Below, in pieces: positions 17,181 through 25,840 of a stretch of DNA of 64,000 nucleotides. The translations under genes and the position numbers were made by a program. Position 1 is the stretch's first letter, and every line of letters begins with the position of its first letter. This DNA comes from Bacteroidales bacterium (GTDB lineage: Bacteria > Bacteroidota > Bacteroidia > Bacteroidales > FEN-979). The notes under the pieces were generated by a model. It had not been told where the DNA came from. It saw only the letters and a program-made list of their open reading frames with translations, and did not search any database. The DNA is taken from assembly GCA_017882335.1 (NCBI GenBank), contig JADGPR010000006.1, positions 5,419-69,418 on the forward strand. Reading direction: 5' to 3'.

Positions 17181-19868
17181 TTATTTCAGGAAGGTTCTTG
17201 CTTTCTTAAGCGCAGCCGGTATGCCAGCAGGGTTCTTACCTCCGGCCGTGGCAATGTGCGGTTGCCCGCCACCGCCTCCCTGGATTTCTTTTGCCAATTC
17301 ACGGATGATGTTAGCAGCATTGAATCCCTTTTCTTTGATGAGGCTTTCGGAGATCATCACGGTGAGGTTCGCTTTTCCATCATTTTCCGAAGCCAGTACA
17401 AGGAAAAAGTGGTCTGTTGTTTTACTCAGGTCAAAGGCGAGATTCTTGGCAGCATCCACGCTCAGTTCCACTTTTTCGGCAAGGAAATGAATGCCTTTGA
17501 TATTTTGAATCTTTAATGTGATCGCCTCCCGGACTTTATTCAGCTTCATTTTTTCGTATTCGGCTGCCAATAGCTTCAATTCCTGGTTCTCTTCCAGGAC
17601 GGTCTTTAATCCCTTGATGACATCCTTCGGATTTTTAAGCATTTCCTTCACCTCGTCAAGCAAGGAGATCCGGGAATTATAATACTCCATCGCTTTTTCC
17701 CCGGTGATGCCTTCAATTCTGCGGATCCCGGCAGCAATGGCACCTTCTGAAACGATCTTGAATAGCCCGATCTGCCCTGTTGTCGGCACATGTGTCCCTC
17801 CGCAAAGTTCAACAGAGAAATCTTTATCGAAAACAACAACCCTTACCATATCCCCGTATTTCTCCCCGAAAAGGGCCATGGCCCCCATCTCTTTTGCTTT
17901 TTCAATTGCCATCGACCGTTCTTCGTAAAGTTCAATGTTGCTCCGGATCTTCTGGTTCACGTTCTCTTCAGTTTTTTTGATCTCTTCATCTGTCATTTTT
18001 GCAAAATGCGTAAAATCAAAACGAAGGTGATATTCATCCACAAGGGAACCTTTTTGCTCTACATGGGTCCCGAGAACCCTGCGAAGGGCCGCATGCAGCA
18101 GGTGAGTAGCCGTGTGATTGTTGGCTGTATTCCTGCGTTTGGAGTCATCGACCATGGCAGTAACAGAAAGGGAAAGTGTTTCCGGAAGTGTTTTCATCAT
18201 GTGCAGGATGAGGTCGTGTTCCCGAATCGTGTCGGTGACCTCATAATTTTTTTCCAGTGAAACAAGCCACCCCCGGTCGCCCACTTGTCCACCTGATTCA
18301 GCATAAAACGGAGTTTGATCCAATACCACATGGAAAAATTCCCCTTCTTTGGTTTTGACTTTCCGGTAGCGTACTATCTGTGTTTCTGCGGATAGGGTGT
18401 CATAACCGATAAATATATTTCCTGAAGATTCAGGATTCAGGATTACCCAATCTGCCGTATCAACCTGGGCAGCCCGCCGTGAACGGGTTTTCTGCTCAGC
18501 AAGTCCTTTGTTGAAGCCATCCATCTCCACTTCCCAACCTGCTTCCTTCGCCATCAATTGGGTGAGGTCAATCGGGAAACCAAAAGTGTCGTAGAGTTCG
18601 AAAGCGAATGCACCGTCGATGATTTTTTCGACCGGATGCTGGATACTGCCTGCCTGCCGGACAGGCAGGGATGCTGGATGCTGGATATCGGTTGCTCCAT
18701 TCTTGTAAGATTCCAGATAAGAATTGAACTTTGTGATCCCGCTAGCCAGTGTTCGGAGGAATGAAGTCTCTTCTTCCCTGATCACATTTATGACAAGCTC
18801 CTTTTGTTTTTTTAATTCGGGGAAAACATCTCCCATCTGGTCAACGAGAATAGGAATAAATTCATGGATAAAGGCATCTTTCAGGTCAAGAAATACATAG
18901 CCATACCTTACAGCCCTCCGAAGGATTCTCCGGATCACATAACCGGCTTTGACATTGGAAGGCAATTGCCCGTCTGAAATGGCAAAAGTGATGGCCCTAA
19001 GGTGATCGGCGATCACGCGCATGGCAATATCCGCTTTCGGATCGGTGCCGTAAGGAATCCCCGATTTTTGTGCAATGGCTCCGATCAATGGCTGGAAAAC
19101 ATCGGTATCATAATTGGATTTCTTATGTTGCATCACCATGCAGAGACGTTCAAATCCCATTCCTGTATCGACATGTTTTGCAGGCAGGGGAACCAGCTGC
19201 CCGTTTGCCAGGCGGTTGAATTCGATAAAAACAAGATTCCAAACTTCGATGACCAGGGGATTTCCTTTATTTACCAGCGAATAGCCCGGAATTTTTCCCC
19301 TTTCCCGGTCATCCCTTAAATCGACATGGATCTCCGAACATGGACCGCAGGGACCGGTATCACCCATCTCCCAGAAATTGTCCTTCCGCGAACCCAGGAG
19401 GATCCGGTCTTCAGGAATCCACAACCTCCAATTTTCATAAGCTTCAGTATCTTTCGTCAGTCCTTCCTTTTTGTCTCCTTCAAAAACCGTAACATACAAA
19501 CGGTTTTTATCAATCTTGTAAACATCTGTAAGCAATTCCCAACCCCATTCAATCGCTTCCTTCTTAAAATAATTGCCGAACGACCAGTTCCCGAGCATTT
19601 CGAACATGGTGTGGTGGTAGGTGTCGTGCCCCACTTCTTCCAGGTCATTGTGTTTTCCTGAAACCCGGAGGCATTTCTGGGTATCCGCAATGCGCGGGAA
19701 TTTTGATTCTTTGTTACCGAGAAAAATATCTTTAAACCGGTTCATCCCCGCATTGGTAAACATCAGTGTTGGATCATCCTTTATAACCATGGGCGCAGAA
19801 GGAACAATGCTATGTTCCCTGGATCTGAAATAATCAAGGAAGGTCTGGCGTACAGTTTGAGAATTCAT
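17181..19868 (-). CDS. alaS: alanine--tRNA ligase, carrying an in-frame repeat-element insertion
   Basis: Motifs HHTMFEMLGNWSFGNYFK, editing-domain HTATHLLH and CGGTHV, and the DHHA1 tail GGGGGQPHIATAGG. It is 895 aa, and the insertion is at 18633-18688. Confidence 0.95.
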   Translation of the reverse strand: MNSQTVRQTFLDYFRSREHSIVPSAPMVIKDDPTLMFTNAGMNRFKDIFLGNKESKFPRIADTQKCLRVSGKHNDLEEVGHDTYHHTMFEMLGNWSFGNYFKKEAIEWGWELLTDVYKIDKNRLYVTVFEGDKKEGLTKDTEAYENWRLWIPEDRILLGSRKDNFWEMGDTGPCGPCSEIHVDLRDDRERGKIPGYSLVNKGNPLVIEVWNLVFIEFNRLANGQLVPLPAKHVDTGMGFERLCMVMQHKKSNYDTDVFQPLIGAIAQKSGIPYGTDPKADIAMRVIADHLRAITFAISDGQLPSNVKAGYVIRRILRRAVRYGYVFLDLKDAFIHEFIPILVDQMGDVFPELKKQKELVINVIREEETSFLRTLASGITKFNSYLESYKNGATDIQHPASLPVRQAGSIQHPVEKIIDGAFAFELYDTFGFPIDLTQLMAKEAGWEVEMDGFNKGLAEQKTRSRRAAQVDTADWVILNPESSGNIFIGYDTLSAETQIVRYRKVKTKEGEFFHVVLDQTPFYAESGGQVGDRGWLVSLEKNYEVTDTIREHDLILHMMKTLPETLSLSVTAMVDDSKRRNTANNHTATHLLHAALRRVLGTHVEQKGSLVDEYHLRFDFTHFAKMTDEEIKKTEENVNQKIRSNIELYEERSMAIEKAKEMGAMALFGEKYGDMVRVVVFDKDFSVELCGGTHVPTTGQIGLFKIVSEGAIAAGIRRIEGITGEKAMEYYNSRISLLDEVKEMLKNPKDVIKGLKTVLEENQELKLLAAEYEKMKLNKVREAITLKIQNIKGIHFLAEKVELSVDAAKNLAFDLSKTTDHFFLVLASENDGKANLTVMISESLIKEKGFNAANIIRELAKEIQGGGGGQPHIATAGGKNPAGIPAALKKARTFLK
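18633..18688. repeat. heptamer + GC hairpin element (copy 2) inserted in frame in alaS
   Basis: The sequence is cggatgctggatactg-CCTGCCTG-ccgga-CAGGCAGG-gatgctggatgctggata. It is near-identical in architecture and sequence to 1798-1840. Confidence 0.85.
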
Positions 19869-19929
19869 CTAACTACGAGATTATTAGGTGTTTAACAATC
19901 TTTAACATATAACGGGTAATTAACGCCTG

Positions 19930-19937
19930 CAAAGTTA
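19930..19937 (-). promoter_or_regulatory. -7 promoter box for alaS
   Basis: The minus strand reads TAACTTTG, about 62 nt upstream of the alaS ATG at 19868. Confidence 0.4.
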
Positions 19938-19948
19938 CTTTATTTACG

Positions 19949-19956
19949 TAATTTTG
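19949..19956 (+). promoter_or_regulatory. -7 promoter box for the M23/MerR/ATL operon
   Basis: TAATTTTG, 47 nt upstream of the ATG at 20003. It is back to back with the alaS box. Confidence 0.4.
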
Positions 19957-20002
19957 CGATCGTTATACAACCTGTCTCTAATATTTCTTTATTTGGCTTT
20001 TA

Positions 20003-20977
20003 ATGAGCAAGGTAAAGTACAAATTCAATAAAAAATCTCTTACTTTCGACCGTGTCCAGACCACATTCCGGAAAAGGTTGTGGTATTTCTTTACCCATTT
20101 GTCAACCAGCGTTGTATTTGCAGCAGTTGTTCTTGTAGTGGCATTTAATTTTCTCGATTCTCCAAAAGAAAAGGCTCAAAAACGGGAAATCGAACAAATG
20201 AAGTTGCAGTTCCGTATCCTGAACGACCAACTTGACAGGGTTACCAAGGTCATGTCTGATCTCCAGGACCGTGACGACAATATTTACCGTGTGATCTTTG
20301 AAGCGGAGCCCATCCCGGGTTCGATACGGGAAGCAGGGATCGGTGGTGTTGACAGGTATGAGAAACTGAAAGGCTATAAGAATTCAGATCTGATCATCGA
20401 AACTGAGAAAAAGATGACTCGGATCCTCGGGGAATTGTATGTTCAGTCAAAATCGTTTGACGAAGTCTTCGACCTTGCGAAGAATAAGGAACGAATGCTG
20501 GTGAGCATCCCTGCCATCCAGCCTGTTAGCAATAAGGATCTCCGGAGAATAGGTTCCTATTTCGGAACGAGGGTGGATCCCTTTTATAAGGTTCGGAAAT
20601 TCCATGAAGGAATGGATTTTTCCGCCCCGATCGGGACAGAAGTTTATGCTACCGGGAACGGGTCCATTGAAATGGCCGGGCACGATGATGGCGGAGGATA
20701 TGGAAATGAGATCATCATTGACCACGGGTATAGTTACAAAACGGTTTATGCACATCTTTCAAGGATCTTTGTCAAACCCGGACAGAAGATCCTGAGGGGC
20801 CAGATCATCGGTTATGTTGGAAATACAGGGAAATCCACCTCTCCTCATCTTCATTATGAAGTGCGAAAAAACGGGGTTCCGCTCAACCCGATATATTTCT
20901 TCTTCAATGACCTGACGGCCGAACAGTACCAGATGATGCTCGATCTGTCCTCACGGCCTTCGCAAACAATGGACTAA
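20003..20977 (+). CDS. M23 family metallopeptidase (membrane-anchored)
   Basis: An N-terminal transmembrane span and coiled coil, then the canonical HEGMDF (HxxxD) and GNTGKSTSPHLHYEV (HxH). Confidence 0.85.
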   Translation: MSKVKYKFNKKSLTFDRVQTTFRKRLWYFFTHLSTSVVFAAVVLVVAFNFLDSPKEKAQKREIEQMKLQFRILNDQLDRVTKVMSDLQDRDDNIYRVIFEAEPIPGSIREAGIGGVDRYEKLKGYKNSDLIIETEKKMTRILGELYVQSKSFDEVFDLAKNKERMLVSIPAIQPVSNKDLRRIGSYFGTRVDPFYKVRKFHEGMDFSAPIGTEVYATGNGSIEMAGHDDGGGYGNEIIIDHGYSYKTVYAHLSRIFVKPGQKILRGQIIGYVGNTGKSTSPHLHYEVRKNGVPLNPIYFFFNDLTAEQYQMMLDLSSRPSQTMD

Positions 20978-20993
20978 TCGTATTGAATCAGGA

Positions 20994-21329
20994 ATGAAAC
21001 TGACCGGAAAGATCGAAAAGATTTATTATACTATCGGTGAGGTTGCCGAATTGTTCGAGGTGAATGCCTCCCTGATCCGGTTCTGGGAAACTGAATTTGA
21101 TTTTCTCAGTCCTCAGAAAAATAAAAAGGGAAACCGGCTGTTTACCAAAGAGGATATCAATAAGATCCGGATCATCTACCACTTGGTTAAAGAAAAAGGT
21201 TACACCCTCCAGGGAGCACGGGAAAAGATCAAGCGGAATAAAGAAGATGTTGAAAAGCAGGTGGAGATCATAGATTCACTTCAGCGGATCAAAAGTTTTC
21301 TCCTGGAATTGAAAAATGATCTTCCATGA
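20994..21329 (+). CDS. MerR-family transcriptional regulator (small)
   Basis: HTH YYTIGEVAELFEVNASLIRFWETEF, 111 aa. The stop overlaps the next start. Confidence 0.75.
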   Translation: MKLTGKIEKIYYTIGEVAELFEVNASLIRFWETEFDFLSPQKNKKGNRLFTKEDINKIRIIYHLVKEKGYTLQGAREKIKRNKEDVEKQVEIIDSLQRIKSFLLELKNDLP

Positions 21330-21718
21330 AAAAGGAGAAGGGAAAGCGGGACGAAACTTCCTTTTTTGAGAAAGTTTATACAATTGTGCGCAGGATTCCT
21401 GCCGGGAGAGTGACTTCCTACGGTGCAATTGCAGAATATATCGGAACAAAAGGTTCGGCACGCATGGTAGGCTGGGCCATGAACAGTTCACACACACAAA
21501 CCTCCGATATTCCTGCGCACAGGGTTGTGAATAGGGTTGGATTGCTCACCGGCAAGCATCATTTCGGAGGACTGAAGGTCATGCAGCAATTGCTGGAAAG
21601 TGAAGGGATAGGAGTGGAAGAAGATAAAGTTGTGAAGTTTGAGGAACTATTCTGGGATCCGAAGAAGGAATTTATTAGCCTCACCCCCAGTCCCCCTCTC
21701 CTGAAGAAGAGGGGGTGA
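21326..21718 (+). CDS. MGMT-fold alkyltransferase-like (ATL) protein; active-site Cys replaced by Ala
   Basis: Motifs IPAGRVTSYGAIA and IPAHRVVN, where O6-alkylguanine transferases have PCHRV. The last 14 or so codons run into a G/C hairpin element. Confidence 0.7.
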   Translation: MKKEKGKRDETSFFEKVYTIVRRIPAGRVTSYGAIAEYIGTKGSARMVGWAMNSSHTQTSDIPAHRVVNRVGLLTGKHHFGGLKVMQQLLESEGIGVEEDKVVKFEELFWDPKKEFISLTPSPPLLKKRG

Positions 21719-21731
21719 AGGGGGAGAGGTG
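21679..21731 (+). repeat. G/C-rich imperfect hairpin overlapping the 3' end of the ATL gene (possible terminator)
   Basis: CCTC-a-CCCCC-agt-CCCCCTC (loop tcctgaagaa) GAGGGGG-tgaa-GGGGG-a-GAGG. The TGA stop at 21716-18 lies inside the right arm. Confidence 0.6.
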
Positions 21732-21790
21732 ATTGGGTTTAATTCCCCCAAGTTTGCTTTGGGGTTCATATCAGTTGATACTCTTATAAA

Positions 21791-22888
21791 ATGACCAAAA
21801 AACAAATATTAGAAGCGTTAAGCCATGTGCAGGATCCGGATCTGAAAAAGGATCTCGTGACCCTGAACATGATCCAGGATATAAAGATTGACGGGAATAA
21901 GGTGAAATTCACACTGGTGCTTACCACGCCTGCCTGTCCGTTGAAAGATTTTCTGAAAAAACAATGCAAAGATGCCATTCTGAAATATGTTGATCCTTAT
22001 GCTGAAGTGGAGGTGGCGGTTTCATCACAGGTAACGACAGTCAGGAAACAGACGGAAGAATTACTAAAGGATGTGAAGAACATCATCGCGGTCGGTTCAG
22101 GCAAAGGCGGCGTTGGAAAATCAACGGTTGCTGTCAATCTGGCTGTTGCACTGGCCAATACGGGTGCGAAAGTGGGTTTGATGGATGCCGATATCTACGG
22201 ACCTTCGATCCCGATTATGTTCGGCTTGAAGAATGAGCGGCCGCATATGGTCGACCGGGATGGAAAGACCTGGATCATGCCGGTTGAAAAATTCGGGCTG
22301 AAGCTCCTTTCGATCGGTTTTTTTGTTGATCAGTCGAAAGCGCTGATCTGGCGCGGCCCCATGATATCCACTGCATTGAAACAGTTGCTCACGGAAGCCA
22401 TCTGGGGTGAACTCGATTATATGGTGATCGATCTTCCTCCCGGAACCGGCGACATTCCCTTAACGCTGATCCAGAATTTCCCGCTAACGGGCGCCATCAT
22501 CGTCAGCACACCACAGGAAATGGCAATTGCCGATGTGAGAAAGGCTGCAGATATGTTTAACACGGAAGCAATACGGATCCCGATCCTGGGCCTCGTGGAA
22601 AACATGTCCTATTTCGTTCCTCCCGATATGCCGGATAAAAAGTATTACATTTTCGGGAAGAGCGGATGCACAAAGCTTGCTGCAGATCTGTCCGTCCCGC
22701 TGCTGGGACAGATTCCGATCGTGACTGCCATTTCAGATGCCGGTGACCAGGGTAGTCCCATTGCTACCGATAAGAAATCACCGGTGACACTGGCATTTGC
22801 TCAGCTGGCAGCAACAGTGGCTCAACAGGTTGCCATTCACAATGCCATCAAGGAATCGATCGGGGTTAAAGAAACTCTTAAAAAATGA
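21791..22888 (+). CDS. Mrp/NBP35(ApbC)-family Fe-S cluster carrier ATPase with N-terminal DUF59-like domain
   Basis: Motifs GSGKGGVGKST, DLPPGTGD, and an N-terminal region D.DL.KDLV.LNMI. Confidence 0.85.
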   Translation: MTKKQILEALSHVQDPDLKKDLVTLNMIQDIKIDGNKVKFTLVLTTPACPLKDFLKKQCKDAILKYVDPYAEVEVAVSSQVTTVRKQTEELLKDVKNIIAVGSGKGGVGKSTVAVNLAVALANTGAKVGLMDADIYGPSIPIMFGLKNERPHMVDRDGKTWIMPVEKFGLKLLSIGFFVDQSKALIWRGPMISTALKQLLTEAIWGELDYMVIDLPPGTGDIPLTLIQNFPLTGAIIVSTPQEMAIADVRKAADMFNTEAIRIPILGLVENMSYFVPPDMPDKKYYIFGKSGCTKLAADLSVPLLGQIPIVTAISDAGDQGSPIATDKKSPVTLAFAQLAATVAQQVAIHNAIKESIGVKETLKK

Positions 22889-22942
22889 ATTGTTCATCAG
22901 AATGAAAATAACAACATCGAAAAACAAAAAGGAATATTTACT

Positions 22943-23191
22943 ATGACGACAGCTAACCAGGAACTCGAAACCAAAGTGAAAAACGTGCTTGATCAGATCC
23001 GGCCATATCTCCAGGCAGACGGGGGAGATGTTGAATTTATCGAAATGACCGACGACAAAGTCGTGAATGTACGGTTACTCGGAATGTGCGGAAACTGCCC
23101 TCACAGCCAGATGACCCTGAAAAGCGGAATAGAAGCAGCCGTTAAACGTGTGTTGCCTGAGATCAATGCAGTAGAATCGATCATCGAATAA
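22943..23191 (+). CDS. NifU-like (Nfu C-terminal domain) Fe-S protein
   Basis: 82 aa with ADGGDVEF and GMCGNCPHSQMTLK. Confidence 0.8.
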   Translation: MTTANQELETKVKNVLDQIRPYLQADGGDVEFIEMTDDKVVNVRLLGMCGNCPHSQMTLKSGIEAAVKRVLPEINAVESIIE

Positions 23192-23202
23192 AGATCACGC
23201 TT

Positions 23203-24852
23203 TCACGAAAGGTATTTCCCGACAATGGGCATCCTGCGGCCGGTTCCGAAGGCCTTGGGTGAAACCCTCAGGATGGGAGGCGTCTGGTAACGTTTGTATT
23301 CACTAGTGTTGACAAGTTTCAGCACCCGCTTCACCATTTCTTTATCAAATCCTTCCTGTATCAGTTCATTCGGTCCTTTTCTCAATTCGATATAACCGTA
23401 AAGGATTTTGTCGAGGATCGAATAGTCAGGAAGCGAATCTGAATCTTTTTGTCCCGGCCTCAATTCAGCAGATGGGGGTTTATCGATGGTATTCTGCGGG
23501 ATGATCTCTTTCTTTCGATTGATCCAGGAAGCCAGTTCGTAAACCTGGGTCTTGTATACATCCCCGAGCACCGATATGCCGCCGCACATGTCACCGTATA
23601 AAGTTCCATATCCTACGGCAGCTTCGCTTTTATTGGAGGTATTGAGGAGGATATATCCGAATTTGTTTGATAATGCCATCAGGATAACCGCCCTGGCCCT
23701 GGCTTGTATATTTTCTTCCGTGAGATTGAACGGAAGGTCTTCAAACCAGGGCTTCAGCAGATCTTCAAAAGCCGAATAAGCTTTATCGATTTCAATGATG
23801 TCGTGTTTAATATTCAGCCGGTCGGCAAGTTCTATTGCATCCTGTTTGCTGTGTTCAGATGAAAAATGGGAAGGAAGAAGGATTGCACGCACATTTTCAC
23901 TTCCCAATGCCCGTGCAGCCAATACCAGCGTTACGGCCGAGTCGATTCCCCCGGATAACCCGAGAATGGCAGTCTTCAACTCCATCTTCCCGAAATAATC
24001 ACGGATGCCCATGACCAATGCATCATGGATCAGTTCAATCTTGCTTGGCGTATTAGCATCTTCGCGGTATTCTTTTTTATCCTTATAAATAAAATCATTC
24101 AGGTTATAAACCCGGAGGTCTTCCTCAAAATAATTCATCTCATCAAAAACATTTCCTTCCGGGTTCACAACCATCGATCCGCCATCAAATAACAATTCCG
24201 TTTGTCCTCCCACATGGTTCAGGAAAAAGAACGGAAGTTTATACTTCTTTGCATTTCTTATCAGGACATCCCTTCGCCGTTTTGGCTGGCCATAATGAAA
24301 GGGAGAAGCCGCAATGTTGATGACCAGGTCGGGATTCAGGAGGATCAGCTCATCCATCGGGTTACGCACATACAGAGGGTCATCCGTGATGTTCCAGATG
24401 TCCTCGCAGATGGTAACCGCAAATTTGTATTTTTTATATTCAACAACCGCATAAGGCAGGCGGTTGGGTTCAAAATACCGGTATTCGTCGAAAACATCAT
24501 AGTTGGGCAGAAGCGTTTTGTGAAAGACCGCCTGTATCTTACCTTCTGCAAGAAAGTAAGCGGAATTGTACAACGGTTTCCCTTTGTCGGAAGGATTTAC
24601 CGAGGGAGCACCTACGATGACAGCAATATCCTTACACTCTTCGGCAATTGATAGGATCCCATCGCGGCATTTGGAAATAAAATCATCAAATTCAAGAAAA
24701 TCACGTGGAGGATAACCGCAGACAGCCAGTTCGGAAAATATCACCACATCCGCGGGCAGGGTCTTAGCTTTGTGGATACAGGATTTTATATGAGCGATGT
24801 TATTCTCAAAATCCCCGATGTGGTAATTCAATTGTGCTAATGCGATACGCAT
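23203..24852 (-). CDS. nadE: glutamine-dependent NAD+ synthetase
   Basis: An N-terminal CN-hydrolase domain (MRIALAQLN..) plus a C-terminal PP-loop GLSGGIDSAV, 549 aa. Confidence 0.9.
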   Translation of the reverse strand: MRIALAQLNYHIGDFENNIAHIKSCIHKAKTLPADVVIFSELAVCGYPPRDFLEFDDFISKCRDGILSIAEECKDIAVIVGAPSVNPSDKGKPLYNSAYFLAEGKIQAVFHKTLLPNYDVFDEYRYFEPNRLPYAVVEYKKYKFAVTICEDIWNITDDPLYVRNPMDELILLNPDLVINIAASPFHYGQPKRRRDVLIRNAKKYKLPFFFLNHVGGQTELLFDGGSMVVNPEGNVFDEMNYFEEDLRVYNLNDFIYKDKKEYREDANTPSKIELIHDALVMGIRDYFGKMELKTAILGLSGGIDSAVTLVLAARALGSENVRAILLPSHFSSEHSKQDAIELADRLNIKHDIIEIDKAYSAFEDLLKPWFEDLPFNLTEENIQARARAVILMALSNKFGYILLNTSNKSEAAVGYGTLYGDMCGGISVLGDVYKTQVYELASWINRKKEIIPQNTIDKPPSAELRPGQKDSDSLPDYSILDKILYGYIELRKGPNELIQEGFDKEMVKRVLKLVNTSEYKRYQTPPILRVSPKAFGTGRRMPIVGKYLS

Positions 24853-24873
24853 AGGTTCATTCCTGTTACTGCA

Positions 24874-25563
24874 TTAAAAAAGTACGCCGATATTCAGTTC
24901 GGCATAATTCAGGCTGCTTCGGTTCGACAAACTGTTATCTTTCGTGTTTTTCCCCAGTAAAACATTGTTCAGGCTATTGCTGTATGAAAATCCTACTATT
25001 AATGAAACAGATTCATCAATCTTATATTCGGTGCCCAACCCCACGAGAATGGCTTCACGGATAAAACACACTTCACTTGTGTTGAGGTTCTTCATATCCG
25101 TGATAGTCCCGTGATCCTGGGTCATAAAGTTATCCGTCACTTTGGTGCGAAGGTTAAATCCCGTGCCGAACCCGATCTGTCCGAAGAAACTGAAATTACC
25201 GTATTGCTTTGTCTTCATCTTCATCATTAACGGAATTTCGAGATAACGGAAGTTGTATTTTCGGTCAAGGATACCTATATCCGGTGATAGTGCATAGGGA
25301 AATTGCAGGTTCCCACTCAGAAAGGAGAAATTGAAACCGGTGGAAAGAGCGTAATGCTCTGTAAAATAGAATTCACTGATGAATCCGAAGGAGATGCCGG
25401 TTGCAGCTCCATTGTAAATGTAGTTTTTTTCATTTGGGTTCATCCATGAGATGCATGGGGCAACCCTCAATCCCAACCGCACCGGTGAATTCTGTGAAAA
25501 GCCTGCCTTTGTAAAAAAAAAGATCAGGGAAATGGCCAGTAATCGTATTGTTATTTTTGTCAT
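24874..25563 (-). CDS. small outer-membrane beta-barrel protein (PorT/OMP_b-brl-like)
   Basis: I prefer the start at MTKITIRLLAISLIFFF..GFSQ because it gives a signal peptide. The sequence has an alternating beta pattern and an aromatic C-terminus (NIGVLF). Confidence 0.55.
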   Translation of the reverse strand: MTKITIRLLAISLIFFFTKAGFSQNSPVRLGLRVAPCISWMNPNEKNYIYNGAATGISFGFISEFYFTEHYALSTGFNFSFLSGNLQFPYALSPDIGILDRKYNFRYLEIPLMMKMKTKQYGNFSFFGQIGFGTGFNLRTKVTDNFMTQDHGTITDMKNLNTSEVCFIREAILVGLGTEYKIDESVSLIVGFSYSNSLNNVLLGKNTKDNSLSNRSSLNYAELNIGVLF

Positions 25564-25667
25564 AGCTCCGGAATTATTAATACCTCTGATGGTGCTTTTT
25601 AACAAAATTACATTATTCATAACTGAATCAAGAGGTTTCTCATAGGATTTTATCCAAAAGTAATCAA

Positions 25668-25730
25668 CTGGATGCTGGATGCTGGATGCTGGATGTGGAT
25701 TCTAGGTTCTTGGTTCTGGTTACTTGGCTA
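25668..25730. repeat. nine in-phase heptamers: (CTGGATG)4 then TGGATTC TAGGTTC TTGGTTC TGGTTAC TTGGCTA
   Basis: Read directly from the sequence. It lies in the divergent spacer between the porT-like gene and gldB. Confidence 0.85.
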
Positions 25731-25840
25731 ATGTAAAAATGAAAAATAAAGGGTCCGATAGAAGGATTGAGAGGCACTATCAAACATGGCAATCCATAAT
25801 ATCTGATCGAATTTTCCGTTAAAAATAAAACCAAACCCGC

